NCBI GenBank assembly: GCA_002633005.1
Contig: NMRA01000421.1
Coordinates: 1 to 64,000 of the forward strand
Length of the DNA stretch: 64,000 bases
Reading direction: 5' to 3'
Source: Phoronis australis
Lineage: Eukaryota; Animalia; Phoronida
Position 1 is the first letter of the stretch; each line of letters opens with the position of its first letter. Positions 22,596 to 35,532 of this stretch are shown here, piece after piece. A program made the translations under genes and the position numbers. The notes beneath the pieces were generated by a model, which saw only the letters and a list, made by a program, of their open reading frames with translations, was not told the origin of the DNA and ran no database searches.

Positions 22596-25500
22596 GTTCG
22601 GAGAAAAATTCGAAGTATTCTTCCATGAAATACAGACAGGAGAGCCTAGATCTGTGTTGTTATACTTGTGATTTTTTGATTTCTAAACACACAAAACGCT
22701 TGTTATCCCGGCCAGTGGCTCGAAACCCGATTAGGCCTGTCGCGGCTGGACTGACTCGTTATCTGGACCAGTGGCTCGGAACCCGATCAGGCCCGTCGCG
22801 GCCACCGGGACTGGCACCTGGCATGGACATAAACAAGATTGAGTTGGAAACTAAACCTCCAGTCACCATGTGCACATAATTTATTTATGTGAATTAGCCA
22901 CGAAACTGAAAATCTACTTACTTGTCGGGGGCCGCGATGCCGGGCTCCCCCTCCACAGATTGTCAGGGCAAAGGTTGTGCAGTAACAATGATTTGAATAA
23001 TGTATTTCTATTACTAAATAAAGATTCCCCTAACATGTGACCATAGCACATAAAATGGAGTTGTTGTTTCACAGAACAGCTTTCTGTCACCAAACACTGA
23101 ATTAGCATGCGCTCACACGGCCTCGGTGCCTGGTCAATTACCTTTGTCACCGGCATCAAAAGCCAGTTGATTTTCAATGATGTGATTGTGATGTCATCCT
23201 TTGTTCTGCAATAACTTGTCATTTCTTAACTTTCTCATTGGGATGGGATGGGCATCACTAGCACTGTGTCGCTATGTTATCACTTACATCTAGTTACCCA
23301 CAGGGTTCTGCTAAGCTCCATCTGGCCATGATTCCTTGCACCAGGCCTGTATTTGACAATTTTAATTGACAGAAATGGGTAGATTTTTGTGTAGCGGTAA
23401 CAAATTGGTCTGTGATGAGTTCTATGCTATGTTATGGTGGCTGGTTTTGTTCTAGTGATACAACTGGGTTATGATTTCATCTTAATCATTGTCAGTGAAT
23501 TTAATTGAAATTCTTAATATACTGTTGTAGTAGGTTCAAGAATTGGTTGGACTGGACTGCTGAATTGTCATCACAAAGCACCTGAGTTAAAGCCTTGTTA
23601 TTAGGCCTCTGTAGATCTCTAAAAATGTTATATGCACACCCATCTATGCCATGAAGATCACAATGTCGTCACTTGTGACCAGGTCAAAATCCAGGTCATA
23701 CCCATAAATTCCAGCTCCCAGAATATTATCTCAGACTAAAAAACTAAAAAGGCCACCGGCTTGCCATGATGAGAATTCACAGGAGTTGCCGAGCTATTGT
23801 TGCTGGTTATGGATAGGAGGGTAAAGGAAACTGTGCTTGTAGGAGTTGGAATTTCTAAGCTGAACATTTGCGACTAACGTGAACTGGCCAAACTCTCAGC
23901 TTGTATTTCCAAATTTCAGGTTGACCTGCACCTCATTGTCAAGCCATGATTCTGCCTGTCAGTTGGTCATCAGTCTTCTATCATTCAGTATCATCACAAG
24001 TTAGAAATTAGTCCTTCTTCTTGCACAACTTGCTTAGTTAACTTAATATTTGTGTTAAATGGATTTAAATCCAGGTTGTTATTTATTCTAGTCTCTGTTT
24101 TGTTGCAGGCTGGAAAATGGGCAGTTGACAAGAAAGTGCACTTTGGCGAGCCATTTTAAGTGTAAGTGAAAACATCCAGAATTAATTTAATGCTCTATGC
24201 AGCATGTGTCACAGTGATATGACTGGAGAAATCAGGTGCGGAATTCATTGAATTTTTGAAGGTAACAGTTCTCCAATTTGGGGCAGCCTTGGCCACATGC
24301 AGTTGACACGCAGGCAAGACTACCTAACATGACACAACAACCCAGTGCTTCCCTTTCCTTTCAAGTTCAATATAGTCGAGCCAGAAAAATGCCCGCTCCG
24401 TGTGCACCCCCGGACGTCAAATTCTAAACTTCATTTTTGTGAAGGAAAATTGGTGGGAAAATAGAATTCGTATTTACACACTCAAAATTTGTCTCTGACT
24501 GTTATGTCTTTTACACAAATTATTATTGTCATGACTGAATTTTCATTATTTTGTAATAGCTCACTGTCTATTTCATTAAACACATTATGAATCTATACTT
24601 GTTATTTTGAGTGTCAGACTTTTCAATAAAACCATTTTCTAATTAATTGTATGGTGTACTGGTCTACAAATTAGCAATGATTCCTCATTGAGGGATTATC
24701 ACTAAAACACTTGAACACGCAGGTATTCGGGATTATATGTCCTACATGCCTTAAGAGCGAGCACTGATAAAGTTTACAGTCTGATACTTGAGCAAATAAG
24801 ATGGTTCAAGCTTGAGCCAGTAAGTTGGTTCAAGCTTTGTTAAATTCAACTAGTTCCTGTCGCTTTTGTCACTCTCCGTGTAACTTTCATTGAAAAACTG
24901 CTTGTTTTTCTCAGTCTCCATCCACTTCACAAATATCGGCCAACACCAATTATTGAGTTCTAGCATCGCATCGCCATTCCCTGTCTACCCATGTTTTTTG
25001 CCACAAGGTTTTTTTGCTGTTCGAGTATGGATTCACCAGCACATCTATATAGGGCAACTTAGTGACTTACTTACTCATTTAGTATGTTTTTTGTGCTGAC
25101 GAGCATTGAGGTAGTCAAGCGATGTAAAGTATGAACTTGAGAGGGAGCAGTCTCTCTTCCCTAACCATCTCCCACCACATCTTGGAATGAACAATGAGAC
25201 TTCTGAGACTCTGTACGCTTACCATTCATAATAAACTTGGTAAACTTTACACCCCAAGTTGCTTAAATACATCATGGAACTTGGGATTCGTTATTAGCTT
25301 TGAGCGAGTGGTCCTTTTTGTTTCTTGCTAAATCACACTCATGTTATGGACCATAATTAGACATTGCAACAACATGCAAAGTATCTGTACCTGTGTCTTA
25401 GTTTTGCTACACCAGGTGGCTCTTTAACCACCTCCAAAGCTTTCAGTCTCGGTGAACTTTACATCAGCAGATTTTCAATTGTGTGAGGTTGCTTTATATG

Positions 25501-26921
25501 TCCAAGATGTTATAGCACTGGTTGGATTTTCATGACATTTTGGAAATAGTTTTGTATTCAAAAGATGGCGATGCCTTCCCACTTTCAGACATAGTCCAAT
25601 GAAATCTGCGCTATCTAATGATCACTTTCATGAGACGGCTCTTAAAACACTGAATAGAAGCCTTCTGTTTGTGATACTGCTGTTGGGTGCATTTCAACGC
25701 TAAATGTTGCTTTTGTATTTATTAATCGCCCAGTTTAGCTGATTAAAATTAGAATCAAATTAGACCTCTTACTCTTATAAGATATTGGTCTCGTACTCCT
25801 GACCATGATAGGATTTCATTTATGTTACCAACTGAACTCACAGCCAATTTATACTGGTCCATTTTCAAATTTGCAGTTAGTGTTGGTCTACCCCAATAAA
25901 CGTCATCTTCTTGAGCTTGATCACGGTTTTCGTTTCACTGGATTCATTTTCTAGTTCAGGTGTGCAAGAAGGATAGAATTAGGGCTTTCCCAGATTACTC
26001 AGTGACACTCTAATCTCACTGTATATACCCACAAAGCAGTAAACATCCGTCTGGCACATTTGCTGCATCGTTTTCATGCCACTGGAGTTTCAAATGTTAT
26101 TTGTTTCTGTCTGATTCTTTTCACGTTTTTCTTGGTTGCATTACTCTATTGATCCTACCACTGCCAACGGAGATTTGCTGCTGTGTTGTGGGTTGCAACC
26201 CCGACGTGAAAAACTTTCGTCTACTGGACAAATAACCATGGATGCATGATCTGATTAAGTTCTTTGCCTTCCCAACATCAATGAGACAGGACGATGCACC
26301 CGATTTCCAAAACTAGGTCACACGCTTTTTTATCTCTGAGATAAAGGAGAATTCTGTCACCGTGTAAGCCAGGACTGTCCCATTGACCGGGACAAAATGC
26401 TATTTCTTTCATTAATTTGCAGATATTTTGAGACATTGAACATTTTGGACATTCTAATATGAGAATGGTTTGATTACCTCACTGCACAAAGGTACAACTA
26501 CCGTTATTGCCTTTTGGGAGAGGCAATAGTTCAGTGTTCTCCTCAACCTCTTTTGACTCATCACAGCGTCAAGTTTGAATTTTCCCACGGCGAGTTTGGA
26601 TTCCTTGCATCGGGTTTGAAAACTGATGCAATGAGTTCGAAGTTTTGGGAGATTAGGACATTTGGCCTTTTGGTACCAGTTCTGTGCATCTATTGCAAGA
26701 CTCAAACTTCCCACAGTGTGGACATATACGTGAATATTGTAATTCCAGTAAAGTTAAAGACTTGTGTTGTGGAAACGCTGTGGTTATGTTATGTCAGTGT
26801 TATATCGTAAAGTGGCTGTTGGAGTTGATGTGTACTTGTCACTGCTTCGCGTGACGTGTCCTTTATATTCATATTTTGTCTTTTAATTTTAGACTCAGAG
26901 TTACTGCAGTAAGCCACAACC

Positions 26922-27435
26922 ATGAAAGATGCTAAACAGACAATCTACGAAATGGAAAGTGCGGTGATGAAGGAGGCGAAACATGCTATCATTGAAGCTG
27001 AAGTGTCGGCCATTCAAAACTGGAAAGGATTGGCGGCAGCTGTCTTCTATGGACTAATGTCAGCATCCATGGCATTCTTCAACAAGCTCTTACTAGATTC
27101 CTATGATTTCGATTTCCCGTACTTTATAATGTTGGCACAAATGTTTGTCACGCTCCTTGTTATGGAAGCACTACGGCTCTTCAAGCTCATCGACATTCCT
27201 GGTTTCACTGTTGAACGTGGCAAGCAGTTCTTCATTCCATCATTTTTCTACGCTTTACATTCCGTTTTATCTCTGTCTGCATTAGCAGGCATGAACATTG
27301 CTATGTACACTGTGTTGAAGCGATGTGGTCCCATGCTCACTCTTGCCTTCTCTGTTGTCATCCTGAAGAAGGGTCGTCCCAACAAGCTACTCATCCTGTC
27401 TGTCTTACTGCTCACTCTCGGATGCATCATTGCCA
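26922..27435 (+). CDS. SLC35D3: SLC35D3-like nucleotide-sugar transporter, coding exon 1
   Basis: ATG at 26922 after an acceptor at 26891-92. Hydrophobic TMs with FFNKLLL..Y.F.F and MYTVLKRCGP..VILKKGRP (the KRCxP..LKxGxP pattern resembles SLC35D3 more than D1/D2, from recall). Donor A|GTAAGT, phase 1. Confidence 0.85.
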
Positions 27436-28149
27436 GTAAGTTGTTCCCATGCTTGCATTGTTCTATTAATACTGAACCTATGAGGAACCTAGTGCAGATA
27501 ATATTGACCCTAGGATGATTATCCGAACACAATAGCCCATTGAATTCAGTTCTGTTGCTTTGTTGCTTTGGCTGCATGGTCACCATGTAGGTAATACTTA
27601 TGACATCTCATTTTGTCATTAAAGTATGTCCCTGTGGACTGTTGGCAGCCCAGCTAGCTGACTTTCTATTGTGTTAGCATGGAATGGGCTAATTGAAACT
27701 TGCACTTTAGTTCACAAGTTTTGGCTTGGATTTTTACATGCTACTAGGTCCATCATGCAAACATATCAGGGTGTCTTATGAATAAGGATTCTAGCCAATG
27801 AACTTTCTTATACTGTACTCTGCAGTCAATGTTTCCCTTTTAGCTGCAACAAACTTCACCTTTGCCATAGTGTTGCTTTGCCAAGTTGCTTAGTGCACGT
27901 TGTTTTTGTTCTTTACAGTAGAGCTTGTCATTGGTGTGCAATGCATCCCTAGGTTGTCAGTCTATAGTTTATGCTGTTATAGCTTACAATTTTTTTTTTG
28001 TAAACAATTGTTAAAATGTCTTACCACAATTTAAAGTTGTAAACCATTATGCCGTGCCACCTGGAACTTAAGGTCAAAGCAACTACACATCAAAGTAACA
28101 GTCATCCATCACAGGGGTACAGGTTATGTAGGGTCCTCACCTGTAGAGT

Positions 28150-28490
28150 TTGTAGGGTCAAGGCAACAAGCCATGCATTTCAGTGGCAGGGTTGAGGCCC
28201 TCAACCTTAAAGCTGAGAGTCGAGGCAACAACTCATCCTTCTCCGGGGCATAATTAAGCACCTCGAAGTTTCAGAGTCAAGGCAACATTCGCCATCAGTC
28301 TCTGGAGTAAGATTATGGCAATTAACCTTAGATTTGGTAATGTCAGGCGTACAAGCAATGTTACTCAGAGTCAGAGTTGTGGTTAGGGCTCTTGGCCTTA
28401 GACTTGATAGAGTCAAGGCAATATGCCATGATTTCTCTTAGGGTAAGATTGGGGTACTCAACCTTAGAACTGGTAAAACCAAGGCAATGA
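28150..28490. repeat. Degenerate intronic minisatellite (core AGAGTCAAGGCAA)
   Basis: Core recurs at ~28157, 28218, 28274, 28410 and 28480. Confidence 0.5.
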
Positions 28491-28880
28491 AATTTCCGTC
28501 TTGGGCTTAGGATTACGATCCTCAGCGTTACTGTTGGTCAGGTCATCCATCTCACAGCGTGAAGCTGAGATTATGTCACCGATTATGTTCAATACATTTA
28601 TAAAACAGTCTTGAAGTAAGAATTAAAAAAATATAATATCAAACGGCCACATATTATACGGGTAACTAAAACCAAGGTCAGAATAATGCTGTTCACTTGT
28701 TGTTTTCTTATTACATCAAGCCGCCCTATTGACAAACATTGTCATGCAATCCTGCAAACCATTCTAGTATAACGTGTATTTCACATCATTGTGTCTGTGT
28801 AATGCAGCTTCAAATTAGCTCCCCATGATGCTTGTAAAGGGGTACCATTGTCCTTCATATTGTCTCCTTTTTGCTTTCAG

Positions 28881-29458
28881 CGACAGGAGACCTCACCTTT
28901 GACTTGGAGTCTTACCTGTACGGGGTGTCCAGCATGTTCTGCCAGTCTATCTATTTGGTCACATTGCAAAAACAAGCAGTTGACTTCTCTACGGCTGAGA
29001 CACTACACCTGGCCAGCTACAACACAACACCTTTACTTCTGCTACTCACTGTGGTCTTTGACGGAGACTTTGGCAGAGTGTTACTTAGTCCATCACAACA
29101 TAATATAGGCTTCTTCCTGGTGTTCATACTTGTGCTGACCATGGGTTGTTTACTAAACTATTCCTTGTTTCTGTGCACCACTTTGAACTCCGCCCTCACT
29201 ACCAGCATTGTGGGATGCATCAAGTCTGTACTTCAAGTCATCGTGGGAGCATTTACCTTCGAAGGAGCCAGTTTTAACACACCAACGGTTGTGGGGATTT
29301 TTACAAACATGGCTGGTGGTGTTGTTTATACTTATTCTAAAGCTGTGAATCTCCATAAGTCCAGTGGTGAAATGAAAAGAATCCAAAGTCTAAATGATGT
29401 GAATGATAGTGAAAGTGCTCACCCTGTTGGCCAAGAAAGGAACAAAGAAAAGTCTTGA
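28881..29458 (+). CDS. SLC35D3: SLC35D3-like nucleotide-sugar transporter, coding exon 2 (spliced protein 363 aa)
   Basis: tttcAG acceptor, phase-1 join giving IIA-T-TGDLTFD. Contains LNYSLFLCTTLNSALTTSIVGCIK, the SLC35D signature. Stop TGA 29456-29458. 514+578=1092 nt. Confidence 0.88.
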
Positions 29459-29942
29459 TCTCTTCTAAAGTGTTTTGTTTTGTGCGTTTGGTTTGTAATG
29501 TGGTTGCAACATAGAATGCATAAGCATCTGTTGGTCCTGGATGTTAAGTTTTAAGTTATGCTACGTCTAATGAAAGGCTGTCATTTAATCCTAAGTGCAT
29601 GTGATGTTGACGTTTGAGTAGTTTTTAAAAAATTAGACAATTCAATTTGCTATCCAATCAGGTAATGTTTTACATTGTCCACAAATATTCATTCCACAAA
29701 ATGAAATAATATATTGTGATACACCTGATTGAGTTTTTATCAAAACTTTAAGGTAACAATTCAGCATCAACAAGTGGAGGGAACTCACTACAGTGAACAC
29801 GAGACAAATCTTACGGTAACATTTGGAGTTTGGTTACCTAAATGAGCCTGAGCCAGACAGTGACAAACCCATTCTAATAATGCTCCTGGTTTAGCCGCGG
29901 AACTGCAGAAAGCCTGTTCGCCAGTTTCTTATATTACATCGA

Positions 29943-30128
29943 TTTTTATGCGCTCACATTTATATATATATGTGGACGCATTATGCCGTCACGGTCATCT
30001 CCGTCCGTCCGGCGTCCGCTGCTCTATCTCCAAAACGCCTTGACGTATGTTCATGAAATTTTGCGTGGATGGGACGGCATGAGCGAACTTACGGACGGAT
30101 CAGACTACCGGTGCCCCCTAGTGACAAT
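29943..30128 (+). mobile_element. 5' part of HINE-like element (counterpart of 33215-33397)
   Basis: TTTTTATGCGCTCAC..GTGGACGCAT..CCGTCCGTCC, nearly identical to the start of 33215-35116, then diverges abruptly. Confidence 0.65.
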
Positions 30129-31473
30129 TCTACAGCACACGTCACGAATATTTGGCCGCCCGGTCGGAAATTGGTCGACGACTAGCCCGCAGTGCCGACT
30201 CATAAGGCGACTCCCCAGCCGACCGGCCATCAGCCGACCGGCTGGTCGGCTGCTATTTTTAGGCTAGAGTAGCAGTTGCGTAATAGGTTGTCAGGCTGAT
30301 ACCACTTTGCGTGTCGATGCATATTCGTCTTAGCACAGGGTCAAATAAATTAACCTAGTTTTACTGTCTCGGTTACATGAGTTCACGTCTGTTGTGTAAT
30401 ACCAGGAAGAGATAACCAGGAAGGGACAACTGTTTTAGCGCATTTTAACGTGTTTTCAAAAGTGATTTCAAAAGTAAATGTTAAAGTTGTCTGAAATTCA
30501 AGCATTGTGTTTGAAAGCTTAACTCTGTAGCTATAAAATGACACCGCTTTGGTCCCCAAAGACTGCATATTATTGGCACTGGGATGCTTTGAACATGACT
30601 TGTTTTACCCTTCCAAACGATGCCTCTTCCCAGGCATGTACTCGGGCATGATCCTCTTTTTTGAACCAACAGATGTCACTAATATATGCAAATGAGGCTC
30701 GCATGTCCTACGTCATATGACGTCATACGACGCGAACTTCCAATATTTGAATCCTCAGGTGCCTAGTGAATGACTTGAAACGCAGTTCTACCTGATTGGG
30801 CAGATCCTAGGGCAGATCTAAGAAAATTAGAACTCACACATTCAAGTCAATGTTCTTTGGTTTCACATGAAAATACATTTAATTGTATTTGGATACGCTT
30901 GCATGTGTGTAAGCGTGGACTTCGTCATTTTGCTTAAATCCAGATTTAGAAGCAGGTGTTAGTCAAGAAATTAGCTGCTCCCGCCACAGTGGCCGGTGTC
31001 GTGGCGTCCGAGTCGCCGGGAAGTCTGATCCATGCATGCGCAATTCGACGAACTAATGCTAGTCGCTGGTCAGCTCCGCTATGATTCATTTGAGACGTGC
31101 GGCTTAACTCGAACCTAGGCTGGCTCCAAGGTCGTTTTGTTTGACCCAGTTTCGGGAAAAGTTCATTTTAATACGGTCATTTCCTGGTGATTTTCAGTTT
31201 TGAAAGATATGATCCCGAAATTCTTGGCCTATAGAGCTGTATCAAAATTCCTTGTTGAAACACGGCCACTGACTGGTCCAGCTGTTCTGACAGGCGGCTG
31301 GGCCGGGGGAATGGAACGCGTGTCCCAAAAATGCACACACTTCAACCCCTGCAGTTAAGTTCTTTTCCCGTCAGTCACATGTGCGCGGATTCTACGCGGG
31401 CAGCCTACTGCATGACTACACCTTATTTTTAACGTGGGTGCGTCACTGAGTCACGACGTGTCCCGAGCCTTAA

Positions 31474-31586
31474 AGGCGAAGGAAAACCTATTTTCATTTC
31501 ATTTTAAGCAAAAATAGGGTTCATATCCCAGACATATTTTTCACTTATTTACAGCTTTTCGTAATTTAATTAATTATTCGTCGTCT
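31474..31586. mobile_element. Kolobok/T2-like terminus truncated by assembly N
   Basis: TTAA|AGGCGAAGGAAAACC; only one end is visible. Confidence 0.35.
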
Positions 31587-31587
31587 N

Positions 31588-33397
31588 ATTTCCGTCTTCG
31601 GCTTATCCTCAGCGTTATTGTTGGTCATCCCGTCATCCATCTCACAGCGTGAAGCTGAGATTATGTTACTTAGAGTAAATAGAGTCAAGGCGCCAAGTCA
31701 TCCATTTCCTGTTTATGCTTAGGGTCAGGATCCTCAACCTGAGGAAGTTAGTGAGAGTTGAGTATTGATCTGTTTTTCCCACCTTTCAAGGAATACTGCC
31801 AAATGTAAACCTGGAATTGACAACGTGACTAACACAATGAATGGTCAATGATTATGTTCAATACATTTATAAAACAGTCTTGAAGTAAGAATTTAAAAAA
31901 TATAATATCAAACGGTCACATATTATATTGGTAACTAAAACCAAGGTCAGAATAATGCTGTTCACTTGTTGTTTTCTTATTACATCAAGCCGCCCTATTG
32001 ACAAACATTGTCATGCAATCCTGCAAACCATTCTAGTAGAGTGTGTATTTCACATCATGGTGTATGTGTGCTTCAAATTATCTCCCCATGATGCTTGTAA
32101 AGAGGTATCATTGTCCTTCATATTGTCTCCTTTTTGCTTTCAGCGACAGGAGACCTCACCTTTGACTTGGAGTCTTACCTGTACGGGGTGTCCAGCATGT
32201 TCTGCCAGTCTATCTATTTGGTCACATTGCAAAAACAAGCAGTTGACTTCTCTACGGCTGAGACACTACACCTGGCCAGCTACAACACAACACCTTTACT
32301 TCTGCTGCTCACTGTGGTCTTTGACGGAGACTTTGGCAGAGTGTTACTTAGTCCATCACAACATAATGTAGGCTTCCTCCTGGTGTTCATACTCGTGCTT
32401 ACCATGGGTTGTTTACTTAACTATTCCTTGTTTCTGTGCACCACTTTGAACTCCGCCCTCACTACCAGCATTGTGGGATGCATCAAGTCTGTACTTCAAG
32501 TCATCGTGGGTGCGTTTACCTTCGAAGGAGCCAGTTTTAACACACCAACGGTTGTGGGGATTTTTACAAACATGGCTGGTGGTGTTGTTTATACTTATTC
32601 TAAAGCTGTGAATCTCCATAAGTCCAGTGGTGAAATGAAAAGAATCCAAAGTCTAAATGATGTGAGTGATAGTGAAAGTACTCGCCCTGTTGGCTAAGAA
32701 AGGAACAAAGAAAAGTCTTGATCTCTTCTAAAGTGTTTTGTTTGTTTTGTGCATTTGGTTTGTAATGTAGTTGCAACATAGAATGCATAAGCTTCTGTTG
32801 GTCTCGGATGTTAAGTTTTAAGTTATGCTACGTCTAAAGGCTGTCATTTCATCGTAAGTGCAGCTGATGTTGACGTTTAAGTAGTTTTTAAAAAATTAGA
32901 CAATTCAATTTGCTATCCATTCAGGTAATGTTTTACAATGTCGCACAAATATTCATTCCACAAAATGAAATAATATATTCTGATACAGCTGATTGAGTTT
33001 TTATCAAAACTTCAAGGTAACAATTCAGCATCAACAAGTGGAGGGAACTCACTACAGTGAACACGAGACAGATCTTATGGTAACATTTGGAGCTTTGTTA
33101 CCCTAACGCCTAAATGAGCCTGAGCCAGACAGTGACAAAACCATCCTAATAATGCTCCTGGTTTAGATGCGGCACTGAAGAAAGCCTGTTCGCCAGTTTC
33201 TTATAATGCATCGATTTTTATGCGCTCACATAGTATTTACATGTGGACGCATTATGCCGTCATCTCCGTCCGCCCGGCGTCCGCTGCTCTATCTCCAAAA
33301 CGCCTTGACGTATGTTCATGAAATTTTGCGTGGATGGGACGGCATGAGCGAACTTACTGACGGATCAGACTACCGGTGTGCCCCCTAGTGACAATTT
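31588..33397 (+). repeat. Near-identical duplicate of 28493-30128 (probable second haplotype)
   Basis: Begins immediately after the N at 31587. Colinear with intron end, exon 2 and 3'UTR of the SLC35D3-like gene, with an extra ~180 bp at ~31670-31850. Confidence 0.85.
32144..32697 (+). CDS. SLC35D3: Second copy of SLC35D3-like exon 2 (allelic copy or partial duplicate; no exon 1 of its own)
   Basis: Same acceptor and near-identical protein; a CAA>TAA change removes the last 8 residues. Confidence 0.6.
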
Positions 33398-35116
33398 TAT
33401 TTTTTTTACGTTTACCTCTCGTATCTTCAAAAGTCCTGAACGGATTTTCATAAAATTTGGTATATATAGCCATTTATTAGTGACATGACGCTATCCTCCC
33501 GTTTTCGGATGGATTCGACATAGTTTGCACCACTTAGTGGCCATTTTCTGCTGTTTTCGAGTCTGTTTTATTTTGCGTTCACCCCTCTATCAACCAAACT
33601 GCTCAAATGATTGTGAAAATTGGCATGTATAGACCTTATTCACGCCGACAGGAGGCGCGTTCTAAAACGAGGCTCGCTGCGATAGCTGTTAACTTATAGG
33701 CATAGTTGTATTTCGTGTTGCTCGAACGGCTAGAAAAAATACGGACACTCAACTGTCTGCTTTACAATCCCTAAGGACGTCGTTGCCATTCGCCGCGACG
33801 AAGGAAAATATGCCCGTGTAAAAATTTATAAATGTTTTCGAAATGAAGTGGACGGCTGACGACGATTTTGCAGCGACTTCGACTACTGTGGCGCCTCCTA
33901 GTGGCAGTTTTGTTTTTTTTGCGCCTATGGCTTTATTTCCTAAACCGTTCGCAGGATCTTGACTTAATTTAGTAACTGTATTTAAATGATGATAACGCAG
34001 GACGACGACTTTCGGACAGATCTGAGTACTGGTGTGCCACCTAGTGCCAGTATTATTCGTTTAGGCCTACCTCTGTATGTTCAAAGGTCCTCAACGTATT
34101 GTCATAAAATTTGGCATAGGGGCATTTGTTAATGAAATGACGCTATCTCTCCGTTTTTAGATGGATTCGACCTACTTTGCGCCACCTAGAGGCCATTTTT
34201 TATTGTTTTCGAGTACGTTTTTTGACGTCCACTCGTCTATCAACCAAACCGCTTTCAGGATAATTTCTAAGTTAAAATTGGCATGTCTTGATGTATGTTT
34301 CATGAAGTAGACGGCTGACGATGATTTTCCGATGACTTCGACTACTTTGGCGCCTCCAGTGGCAGTTTATTTGCGCTCATGGCTGTATCTCCAAAACCGT
34401 TTGCAGGTCGTCATCTTTCCTCAATTTGGCAATTGTCGTTATTTATGTGATGTTGACAACAGACGACGTCGACGACTTTCGGACATATCTGACCTCTGGT
34501 GTGCCCCCTATTGACAATTTTAGTTTTTTACGTTTACCAGTCTGTTTCTTCAAAGGTCCTCAAAAGATTTTCATAAAATTTTAAATATAAGCATCAGATG
34601 ATCGTTTTCGGATGGATTCGACGTAGTTTGCACCACCTAGTGGCCATTTTTACTGTTTTTTGCGTCCACCCCTCTATCAACCAAATCATTCTAGGGATGG
34701 TTTTGAAAATTAGCGTACATGATTTCAGTGTGAAGAGGACATTTGATGGCGACTGACTAGTGTAGCGTCTCCTTGTGGTAGTTTTGTTTTATTTTGCGCC
34801 CATAGTTGTATCTCCTAAACCCACTGCAGGATCGTTATTAAATTTAGTAAGTGTATTTATGTGAAGATAACAACAGACCACGACTTTCAGGCGGATCCAA
34901 CAGACGCTGTGCCCACAAGTGGCACTTTCATTTTATAATGTTTTCCTTTGTTTATCTGAAGTTCCCAGACAGATTTTTATGAAATATGGCATGTTACTAT
35001 TTTGGATGGATTGTACGCCATCTAGTTGCCATTTTTATGATACAAATAAATAGCCCCAAAATCACATCATTTGCGATGCATTCGTGGGCGCATTTCAGCG
35101 CTCCGTGTGCTCTTGT
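33215..35116 (+). mobile_element. Helentron-associated interspersed element (HINE/DINE-1/pearl-like) with internal tandem repeats
   Basis: 5' TTTTTATGCGCTCAC sub-TIR, nearby inverted copy GTGGACGCAT, CCGT microsatellite seed, repeated internal units, 3' GTGGGCGCAT sub-TIR and CTTGT end. Inserted at a TT site without a TSD. Confidence 0.75.
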
Positions 35117-35367
35117 AGATATTCAAAGGCAGCTACTGTATACTTTTCAATTTTTAAAACACTCGCGCTGATCGTTTGCATTATTATTTTTCGCTTTGCG
35201 ACTTTGAAACTCGTCCGCTAAATAGGTGTGTTGATGTACAAATACAGGCCCGTAGGAAGCGTAGGAAGGCAAAAATTATGGGGAGTGCACAAACCATTTC
35301 AACTTCGCCAAACAAGCCCCCCCCCCATCGCCACCACCTGCGCCAACCCTGCCTTAAGTGGGAGACA

Positions 35368-35532
35368 CAGTGGCGGATCCAGTGGTGGCTAAGGGGCCAC
35401 GAGCCCTCTAAAATTCTCCTACATACATGTAAGTATTTGGCAGTTCGGGGTGCGAATGTCTGACGGGTAAAACCCTGGCTAATACTCTGCCCTATCCCCC
35501 ACAACTCGATCAATATCCTGGATCCGCTCCTG
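35368..35532 (+). mobile_element. Short member of the CAGTGGCGGAT hAT-like MITE family
   Basis: CAGTGGCGGATCCAG..CTGGATCCGCTCCTG; internal similarity to 11001-11311; TSD decayed. Confidence 0.6.

Noticed and set aside
27436-27518. C-terminal tail of the 198-aa ORF 26922-27518
   Set aside because: Read-through into the intron past the GTAAGT donor; homology continues in exon 2.
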